Shown piece after piece: positions 53,240 through 64,000 of a stretch of 64,000 nucleotides of DNA; within the stretch, counting starts at the first letter, position 1; the number at the start of each line of letters is the position of its first letter. Source of the stretch: the human T2T-CHM13v2.0 reference genome, Homo sapiens. The position numbers were made by a program, and so were the translations under genes. The notes beneath the pieces are model-generated. The model was given only the letters and a program-made list of their open reading frames with translations. It ran no database searches and had not been told where the DNA came from. Location: the NCBI RefSeq assembly GCF_009914755.1, contig NC_060931.1; one strand, written 5' to 3'.

Positions 53240-53430
53240 AAATGCTACCAAAGGTATATATTAAAAGAATATTATAAATGTACCACGCTAATGCAAATGG
53301 TTAATAACACAGGAAATTATAAGTGGGGAGGGTTGGATAATAATGTATGGAAACTGTATGTTCTACCCAGTTTTTCTGGGAATGTAAAATTACTCAAAAA
53401 ACCCCAAAGTATATTAATTTTAAAAATATT
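53240..53430 (+). mobile_element. Old L1MC/ME 3' end
   Basis: ataaatgtaccacgctaatgcaa...gttaataacacaggaa...gtatggaaactgtatg...tgtaaaattactc. Confidence 0.7.
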
Positions 53431-55404
53431 TTTAAAAACAAAGTAAATTTAAAGCCATAATTCATGATGGGATAAAATAACTCCCCCCAGTGTCTACTTT
53501 CAAAAAGAAGATTAGAAGTGCTTTGTGTGTATTCATAATAGAAACAAATTGCTATAACTTATAGAAACGCTTCCCTTAAAAAATGAGGCTGAAGTATACA
53601 TGAAATACTTTGTTAAAAATTTAATAATTTATTCTTCCAGAGTTTTTGTGTAGAAAAAGGTAAACAATATGTGTGTATATATCTTTTCTTTGTGTGGAGA
53701 GGGCAGAGGAGAGTTTCATAGCAGTATTTTCTAGTGATAGATAAATAATATCCCTTTTCTTAAAAAGCTTTGGAAATGATGAACATATTTAAATGTGACT
53801 TAAAAATTGTTTGACTTCGTAATGTAAATAAGTATTAATACATACAGAATCAGGCTTCATTTTATGCTGGTGTGGTATGGATAATGTGTATTTTCCAAAG
53901 TCTAGTGCTAGAGAGAGAGAGAGAGTAAACAAAAGTGTGATATCCAAGTGAAAACTATTAAAGAGTATTTTCCAGTAGTAAGCTTTATTTCCCATCATTT
54001 ATCTTGTGCCACATCCTTCCTTAGAATATAACTTTTGATTCTGTTTTGTCTGAGAAACAATAGCAAGTTGATTAGAAAGCCCTGATGTTTAAACAAAAAG
54101 AAGTTGAAGCCTTGACAAAGAAAAATATTCTAATTCTGTCATTGGATTTACAGGATCAGAATTTATGGAGGCCTGAAGTTCCTGGCTCTCTCCGACATAA
54201 CTTGCATTATTTGATCTAACCACAGTACCCCAAAGCTGAAAAAAAATCAGTCAGGTAGAATTCACGTGTATTTTTTCCTTCAATGAAATTCATTGTAGAG
54301 TAGCATATGTTTAAGGGAATGTGTGAGTTTTATTGCAGGTCAGAAAGGCTACACTACTAATCCGTGATTCACAAAGAAAACAGAGCACAGAAAGACCAGT
54401 GCAAGACTGCTGGGTTGGAGGTTGGAAGGTTCTAGTATGTAAACCATATTCCAGTCTGATATGTGTGCAACAATAGGGTAATGAAAATGAAAATACTCCA
54501 TGTGGCTAAAAGACAGTCTTCTTTTTAGAGACCTTAGTGTTTTATTTAGAGGTTATTGGTCAGATTCAAGCAAGGCCAGAATGATTCTAAGTAAAGGTGC
54601 TTTGTGAAGTGCATAAACCATTTGTGAACTCAAGGGGAATATTAAATAAATTTCATTTGCCAAGAAGTTAATCAGTCAACCACAGATCCTTATGCAATGC
54701 AATTTATTGAACACCTGCCATATTAGAAGAGCTATAGCCAGCCAGGTGGTAAACGGAAATGGCAACACTGCCCTCAAGGTGCTTATAATCAGAAAAAAGT
54801 AAAAAGGATGGAAACTAAAATTTACAAAGGCCTCCAATTTTACAGTATTTTACATGCACTTACAAAGGATGCTTGAAGCATAAGTTACATGCAACACAGT
54901 CACCACCAACCAAAAAACAGATACATAAATATATACATGATCAGTCATAGGCATTTGTGTGTGCACATGAGCGAGTGTGTGAACATGGAGAAGTGAGGCA
55001 CTTGCCTTTAGTTGGACTAGTTTTAGAAAGTAGTTGAACTTGAAACAAATTTCTGAAGAATTGGTAGGAAACAAGGAAGACACTTTGTAATTAGAAGACA
55101 GAATTCTGAATGATGTGTTTGGAAAATAAGTGCTCTGTCAAATTGTAGTAATCAAGTAATTAACTGTTGGCTTCCCAATTCAAAGTATCAACTTGATTTT
55201 AAAATAATTGGGAATAGTTAGAAGGATTTGAGCAGGGAAGTGATGCAAATAATTTGCTTGAGGAAGTCTCTTCTGTCTTATTTGTAGGACAAATGAGTTA
55301 AAAGAAGCAGGCCAGTCTCACAGCTTGAAGGTATGAAGAAGACTGATCTTTCTAACCACATTGTAAAGTTCTAGACATGTCCCAAGAAGTAGGGTCAGTT
55401 TTTC

Positions 55405-55700
55405 TTAAAATCAACTTTATTAAGGTGTAATCTGTATGTAATAAAGTGCTCCTATTTTAGATATACAGTTTGGTTGTTTATGTTTTGTTTTTTCAGCATT
55501 ATTGAGGTATAATTGTCAAACAAAATCATACATATTTAATGTGTACAGTTCTGTAATTGGTTATATATATACATTGTGAAATGACTACTATCAGGTTAAC
55601 TAGAACATTCATCACCTCACATAGTTACCGTTTTTTGAGAACATTTAAAATCTACTCTCTTAGCAAATTTCAAATATGTAATATGGCTTTACTTATTCAC
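55405..55700 (-). mobile_element. L1M 3'-end fragments
   Basis: tattgaggtataattg...acattgtgaaatg...aaaatctactctcttagcaaatttcaa. Confidence 0.75.
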
Positions 55701-57417
55701 AACCTCTCTGCCTATTACCTCATTGAGAAAAATAGGACTACAACAAATGATTATTATAAAAATTATGAAATAATAGAAATAGATATGGCACATAGTAGAT
55801 ACTCAAATGACTAAGCTTCATCTGGATCTAAAATACAAATCCAATTATAATTACTATAATAGTATATTAATACATGGCCTCAAAAATAAAGTGAGTCTAA
55901 AAATAAATATAGTTTTTAGTTTTACAGTAAGATTATCCAGAGAAAATTAACATTCGGCAAAAGCCATATGTTTATAGTATCATCCCACATTCAGAAAAAA
56001 ATACCTTTTTTATATAATCCAATGTATGCCCTATTACAATAAATCTATAGTTAATCGGAGGGATGTTTAAAAATTTGTTTTCTGAAGTAATTTTATTTCT
56101 GAGAAAATCCACAAGGCTGTGAACAGAATGATTTTGAACAAAGTGTTCAATGTTTCTCTTCAACCACCTAAATGGACATTTTAATGCAATCTCAGTCTTC
56201 TAGTCTAATTTTTCTTTCCTTATCAAATGGAATCTCAAGGAAGTACCAGTCTCTTTTTATTGTTGAGTATACAAAACACCAACACAAATGAAACGGCAAG
56301 ATTAAAAAGAAAAAAAAACTGAATGGTTCTAATGTAGAGCATTGTTTTAACTAACTTTAATCTGATGGTTCTTTGGGTTTAAGGATTTGGGTTAATTTAC
56401 ATATATATTTATGTTTGTGATATATAAATAAACAAGGAAAGTTATTTGTGTGGCCATTCCATTGTAGTACCAACTTCAAAGCCGGAGAGTTTTTTCTTTA
56501 AAATTTAGCTTCCCTTCTTACCTGTTCTGGAACTCTGGCAGAGTTAACCTACCTTCAGGAGTTACTATACTAAATGAGGTTAAGAAAGCAGCCTAGGCGG
56601 GGCAACTTATCAAATAACTTACCCCTTTCTTTTCTTTTCCTTCTTGATTTGTAGCTACATCAGTCCAAGTGCAAGTAGACTCAAATCTAAAATAATTAAC
56701 AGGGATAAAAACAGTCACTTGCATTTACTCAGCACTCCACAGTTGGCAAATGCTTCCAGGTTTATTATGCTATGTGGTGTGGACAGAGCAACTGTTTCTA
56801 TTACCATTACACAAGATTATTCTGAATTTAGAGCAGTTTGGTTAGATATTATATATAACAAAATTAATAAATGTTATGGTTAGACTGAACCCCAGATGTC
56901 TCCACTCTAAGAGCAGGGCTCTCTACCATTCTGTACTGCTGTTGGCAGAGGTAGGGCTTTGGGGAGAGCAAGCCAAGTAGATAAATGAAGGCCAATTCAT
57001 GCTAGGAGGTCAGTTTGAAGCCTTGGAATAAGCCAATGCTCATTTTTATGTGTCAAGGTAAATACTAAGTTTTCAATATACATTTTTAAAAATGCAGGTA
57101 CTTGAGATAGAATTAGGGGTAGAACCATGTGTAGGCAAACAGCAACTATCAAAGGTTTGAGAAAATACTGAATTTAATTTTGGTAGAAAATAGTGAAATA
57201 GCAGGTTTGTAAGTCCTTTTAAGACGTTAGAACACATTTCTATTAATTAATGCAGAGCTTTCAATACTTTGTGTTTAGGGCATACTATCTAAATGTATTT
57301 GGTTTATTTGTTGAATTTGTAATATATTCACATTTTTCCAATTTTAAAGATGTAAGAGTAGATACAGCCAAAAGTTTATCTCCTAGATCTCTCATCCTAA
57401 ACACATAGTTACCCTCC

Positions 57418-57478
57418 TGTATCAACCAGGGTTCAACAAAGAAGCAGTTGGAGGTAGTAGTATACATTTTTCTTTCTT

Positions 57479-57528
<50 letters not shown>

Positions 57529-57959
57529 GGCTTACCTGATTGTGGGGTCTGGCTAAGCAAGTCCAGAATCTGCAGGGCAGCCAGTCAGGAAGAGTGAGAT
57601 TATGGGCAGTCTCAAACCCACAGGTGGAGGCTTAAGCTATTAGCCTGTACAGCAAGGTAGTCAGGAAAGGAAGAGTCCAAGCAGGAGGGAACTCCACAGT
57701 AACAGCTAGAGGCTGTTGTCCATAGGCAGAAGGTCTCTTTTTCTCAGGAAATCTCTCTCCTGCGTTTTTGCCTTCTAGTGGATTCAGTCAGGTCCATGCA
57801 GAATATCCAGGATAATCTCTCTTACTTAAAGTTAACTGATTAGAAATTTTATTTATGTTTGCAAAATACCCTACCTGCAACATCTAGATTAGTGCTTGAT
57901 TGAACAACTGGAGACCTTACATAGCCTAGCCAAGCTGACAAATCAATAAAACCAACACA
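57418..57959 (-). mobile_element. MLT2-family solo LTR (ERVL)
   Basis: tgtatcaaccagggttc...ggataatctctcttacttaaagttaactgat...atagcctagccaagctgaca...aacaca. Confidence 0.8.
57469..57528. repeat. Compound tetranucleotide STR (TTTC)3(TATC)12
   Basis: Perfect (TATC)12 at 57481-57528; probably length-polymorphic. Confidence 0.97.
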
Positions 57960-57999
57960 CCTTTCTAAAAATCTAATAATGTTATCAGTGTCTTATGTA

Positions 58000-59270
58000 G
58001 TTTTTTGGGGGTCAAAAAAGGTCTTTAACTGTCAGAGATTATAAAACATGCTAACATTATTTCTTCTATATAGTTTAATTTATCACATTCAAATCTTTGA
58101 TACATTTGAAATTTACTTTTGTATAAGACTTGAGGTATGTAACCAAAAATATTTTATCCTAAGTGGCTATTTGTCTTTCTCAACACAATTTCTTAAGTAA
58201 TTCATTTTTTCCTGTAGTGATTGAATTCCAACCTTCGGAATGCAATTTCCTAAATGTATTTGGGTTAATTCCTGGACATTCTGTTCTTTTCAAATTATCT
58301 GTTTATTTCTTCCTGCACTATTATCTTACACTTTTAACTACTATTGCTTTTGAATGTGTTTTAAAATGTGGTAGTACTAGGCTCTCCCATAATTTATTTT
58401 ATTTTAATCCTTTGTTTTTAGTTTTCCATATGAATGCAAAAATCAGTTTGTCTGGTAAGAAACAGAAACATCTTTCTAATATTTCATAGAAGTAGCATTA
58501 AATTTATCAGTTACTTTAAATTTTGGGGGGGTTTCCTTTTATAAAAATTTCATTTTTTCCAGTCTCTCTTATAAAATATAGTAGTATTTTAAAATTTGCC
58601 TTCTATAGATCTTGTGCATTTCTTGCAAGCTTATCAGTAGACAAATTTTAAAATATTTCTATTGTTTCAGTTAATCATTGTTGTAAAAAAGGAATTTTTT
58701 CCATTATATCTTCTAGTCTATTGTGTGTCTATATGAAAGATATTGATTTCAGATTGTCCTTGCCAATTTACTGATTTCTCTAGAATTTTAATCTCTTAGA
58801 TTTTCTATGTATGCAATCATGACAGTTTAGCTAATTCTATTTTTGATCTTGTATGTCTAATTTTTATGCTTCTGATTATTTTCCTAGTTGAACTCTAATG
58901 CTAATACTTCTTATATAGTGTTAAATGATTGTGAGGTAGTGGGCATATTTGTCTCAATTTTTACTTTACTGAAGATCTTCTTGGTATTTCTGCATTAAGC
59001 CTGAAATACAGGTGTGTGTATATATGTGTGTATGTGTATACATATGCACATGTATATATACACACATACATACTTATAGGAAATTATTAAAGATGATTTA
59101 TCAAACTTCTTTTAGCATTTTCATAATTGTGTGATTTTTCTCTTTGGATCTACTTGTATGTTGAATTAATAGATTTTTTTAAATATGGAAACATCCTTGC
59201 TTTTTGGAAATAAACATCCTTTACATCTTTTAATATTCTTTTAATATTATGTTGCATTTTGTTTTGTTTT
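58000..59270 (-). mobile_element. Old L1ME ORF2 fragments
   Basis: Degenerate antisense L1 body (ttttccatatgaatgcaaaatcagtttgtc, gtgggcatatttgtctc). Confidence 0.6.
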
Positions 59271-59289
59271 TTCCTGAATTAGTTATTTG

Positions 59290-59630
59290 CAAGAGAACTA
59301 ATGGTATAGTTCCAGCCTGAAGCTTGGTATTCTTGGAACCCAGGAAGAACTGATGTTTTAGCTCAAGTCTAAAGGCAGGGAAAAAAAGCTGATGTCCCAG
59401 TTTGAAGGTCATTGGACAGGAGGAATTCTTTCTTACTCAGGGGAAGTTCAAACTTTTTGTTCTATTCAGTCCTTCAACTGATTGGATGAAGCTCATTCGC
59501 ATTAGGAAGGGCAACTGCTTTATTAGTTAATTTCATCCAAAAATGCCCTCATAGAAACAATCAAATGTTTGACCAAAGGTCTGAGTGCCCCATGACCCAG
59601 TCCAGGTGACACATAAAAGTGACCATTACA
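59290..59630 (-). mobile_element. MLT2C-like LTR fragment
   Basis: ttttgttctattcagtccttcaactgattggatg...cccagtccaggtgacacataaaagtgaccattaca. Confidence 0.8.
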
Positions 59631-60337
59631 AGCCCAGAGTTTTGCTGTTTTCATGTTGATTTTTCATGACAAGAGAAGCGGTGTGAATGCTCCTTTTCTG
59701 CTTTTTCTCTGTTTCTTACTGAGTTCCCAGCCTCTTTTCTAAATACATAGTGATCTAGCTAGACTTTGAAAAGTATAGGTTTAAAAGGATGTTAAATTAT
59801 TAGCTTGTCTTGAGTACCCACGGATCTTGGTCTGGCCCTGTTCCTAAGGTTTGTGCATGAGGCTATCTGCAGCTCGAGGAAGTGAAAGCTCCCTTTCGTT
59901 CAACAGTGAGCCACCCTATGTGGGAACCTGAGGTTTTGTTCACATGACCTCATTGTGGAACTCAGCATTAAAACAGTGGGTAGAGATCTCTGAGGCTACT
60001 TAATAGTATGGTAGTACGTGAAGTTTCTCCTTTTGGGGTGTGGTATGTAGAAGTTGTGGTGACATTTTTGCTGATTTTATATGGTGAACCAACATGTGAG
60101 TCAATAAATGGATTTTTATAATTCACTTATGTATTTTCATAATAATAAGTGCCCAAAGGTCAGAATGAAGAAGCCACATCCTGCCTTTATAAAAACAAAA
60201 TATCTGAGGAAGGATGTTGCCAGTTGAAATGTCATCTGTAGAACATATTAAAGGCAAGATTGTTTGGAACCTGAATGAATAAAGTGTCAAAGAAGAATAG
60301 GCAAAAGAAGTGTCAGCGCTTGTCCAAAGGAAAATAA

Positions 60338-60679
<342 letters not shown>

Positions 60680-61054
60680 TTTTAGGAAGAGCAATGTATA
60701 AGATCCTATTGGAAAATTCAAGAGAAAGATTAAAGAAAAGAAATCTATGCCTGAAGAACTTACAGTTCAGTGTGATTAATGGATAAAGGATGAATGTGTG
60801 AAGATAAGATTGAAAAGACAAGCTCTGGCTATTCCACTGAGGGCCTTGTTTGTGAAGCTAAGGCATGTGAAACTTCCTTCTGTTGTTAGCGACCCATCAA
60901 GATCATTAAACAAGTAAGTGACACAATTGGTGAGTTTTCGGAAAAATGTCACTGGTGATAGTAAGGATGGATAAAGGCTTGAAAAGAAATTTTAAAAGAC
61001 CTGAACACTGAAAAGATTCTAGGGGCCCCTTTTATACGATTTAAAATAATACAC

Positions 61055-61416
<362 letters not shown>

Positions 61417-62493
61417 TTATAACTGCTTTCCAGAGCTTCAAATTTCAAATTTCTGCATACATTCATTGAACCTAAGCTTTTCTCATATTTTATATTGTGT
61501 TTGCTTTACTGACACCAGAAGAACATGGTTTTCTTGCCCACCAGGTAGTTGAGCCCAGCATTCCATGAGAATTTGAATTAAGGCAATGGCAGTGGAGATT
61601 CATGGACAGTAGGGAGATTAGGAGGTGGAGTTTAGATAATGTGGAAACTGAATGGCAGCGGAGGTCAGAGATTTGAAGGTTTCTAGCTTAGAATCATGGG
61701 CAGATTCAAATAAAAAGGTATAGGAGAAAGCAAATATTTGGAAGCATATGCTAAGTCTAAAATGTAGATTAATTCTTATTGCCTCACATGGAAGTGGTTT
61801 GCAAATAAATTTTCTGGTAGTAGAATAGTGCTTTTTTCTAAATTTATATGGACTAAAGTTATGTTTTTGAAAAATAGAAATTTAAATAACTTCTAGAACC
61901 GAGCACAAACTTGAGATTCAGGATCAACATTTTATCTTTTCCTCATGTAGAAGGTCTTTTGATGTCAGAGACCTTGGCTAGTTGTTTGAAAAAAGCTAGC
62001 ATTCATTACCAAACTGCATGCATTTGTCAACTGTCTATTATTGTTCAAGGCTATGAATGACTTTTATTTCTCTAGCCAATGCCGATGATAAATGTGGGTA
62101 GATGACTAAAAAGTAATAAAAGGAACTAACAGTTTCAGGGTCCTAAAGAACCTATGCCTGCTACAGAATTCTGAAATACTTTTCCTTTTTGACAGTTGTT
62201 TCTTTGACATAAACATACACACAAAATCTTTATGAAAGCCTGTCCTTTGCTATGGTATATGAAAGCATGTAATCCATTCTTTATGTACTAGTACTTTCCA
62301 TTCTTTATGTACTAATACTTCTTGGCCTGAAATTATATTGGAAAATGCCAGTATTAAATAAAATAATGAAGTATTAATTATTCTTGCCTTGTTGCTGATC
62401 ATAGTATGCTTTGGAATGTTGTTAATGAATATTAGCAAAAGTAAGAGAAGACATTCAGACTGATTTAGGATGAGTTCTGATGTAGAAACATAG

Positions 62494-62570
62494 CTTTTCT
62501 TTTCTCCTCCTTCTCCTTCTCTTTCTCCTCCTTCCCCTCTTTATCATCTTCTCTTTCTCCTCTCCCTTGG
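62494..62570. repeat. CT-rich low-complexity tract
   Basis: About 75 nt of near-pure pyrimidines on the plus strand. Confidence 0.85.
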
Positions 62571-64000
62571 GTATTGAATACAAAAATAAAAAGGCAAATG
62601 GAGCTTACTTCTTAGGTTCTTATAGTTGGCAATCTGACTGTCTCCTGACATAGTCTTTCTTTTGGCTTTGGGAAAATATCAGCATGAAGAGGGTGACCCT
62701 GTGCACTTGTTTTAGATGAAGGTAAACAGAAGACGATATTACTTGCCTGAATGGAGTAGACTATCCCATGGAGGAGAATAATAGCTGTCTTCTAGTTTTT
62801 GTTTTTCTAAAAAGACCAGTGAAGACTTAAAAGGAGAAAGAACTGGAGAGGAGGGTGAAAGATGATTACCTTAAGGATTAGAGCTGTTACCCTGGTGAAG
62901 TCTGCAAATACTGTTTCTAAGCGATAGGCTGAATGTCTCTTAAATGAAATGAATTACGACCAAGGGATTAGCAGTAAATCTTTACAAGAAAATATCTCTC
63001 AGTTAGTTATTCATTATGATGGTATGATTTCAATAAGAATGGATATTGTTTCAGTCATTAACCATGCTCAGATAAATATTATTTTAAAAGATCGGTAGAA
63101 ATACATCACTTTCTGAAAAAGTTCAAATTTCTCATTTCATCACAAATTCAGCTATGTTAGCTAACATAAAATCATCAAAACTGATTCTTTTAATGAAAAA
63201 AACTGCATTCTTCCTGCTCTTTTTAGTGACCTTACAAATAGAAATATTTTAAACATTTACGTAACATGTACTAGATATAGGAGGTTTTATAGATGCCTTG
63301 TACAATGCTATAATACTCTTGGCATTTTTTATTTTAAAAAAGTAATCAGAAACACATTGGGAGCTCAAGAAATAGTATATATGCTTCAGGTTAACGTGGT
63401 AATGGCTCTGGCCTTTAACCCTGATGCAACTGTTCTATCCTAACAGCTCTTTGTGAAAGGATACCAAATACTGAAGAAATTGGAAAGGTTAACAAAGTTA
63501 GTGGACAAAATAAACTTGATACTGAGAATGAACTTTCACATGCAGCAAAAAAATAAACAGTATTCTCTTAGGCTAGTCTTCAAAGGATGTTTAAGATGCC
63601 TATATGCTTCTCAGTGCTAAGTTCGTCCTCTCTTTTGAGGAGAATTATTTATACAAAGGGTTACCAAATTCATAGTGAGTCAATGATTGCAAATTCATAA
63701 GAACTAAAAATGTATGGGATCATTTGAAAACAATTGATAACTGGCTGCCACTGGGGTGGCAATAATACCTGAGAACTTGCCATTTTTCCAGTCATTTTCA
63801 TGACATCCAAGTGTAAGAGGTATTCTCAAGCTCTACGTAGAACTGAGTGAATTATTTTCCTTCATAATTTACAGAATTTGGGCCCAAAATATAACCTGAA
63901 TTGTTGGCAGCTACAAAGTAATATAAAGCCTGACTTCTGTTACTGACACATTTTTAAAGTTCACAGCTTAGGCTGACTCTACAATGGGAATTACATATCA

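Overview
This is primate (human-like) AT-rich nuclear DNA, intronic or intergenic, and roughly half interspersed repeats. The repeats include about 16 Alus, four young 5'-truncated L1PA insertions (one with a twin-priming inversion), old L1M/L2/MIR/CR1 fragments, a 3'-truncated MER61 endogenous retrovirus (5' LTR, tRNA-Lys PBS, internal region), several solo LTRs, and Tigger/hAT DNA transposon relics. I found no recognisable protein-coding gene, tRNA, rRNA or CRISPR array. Every ORF in the track that I can recognise is an Alu or L1 translation; the rest look like chance ORFs. The best non-repeat signal is a CpG-retaining, motif-dense promoter-like block at about 39.5-40.1 kb. Together with two CpG-retaining unique blocks that have good minus-strand splice sites (31965-32147 and 30337-30707), it predicts a spliced minus-strand lncRNA-like transcript. 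That transcript would carry a 62-aa or 73-aa spliced smORF, and its internal exons are bracketed by inverted L1PA copies. This model is inference and I cannot name the locus. Other notable items are DNA-repair and retrotransposition scars. I see no convincing evidence of a wholly new biological system. Repeat subfamily names come from recalled consensus sequences and were not checked with RepeatMasker.
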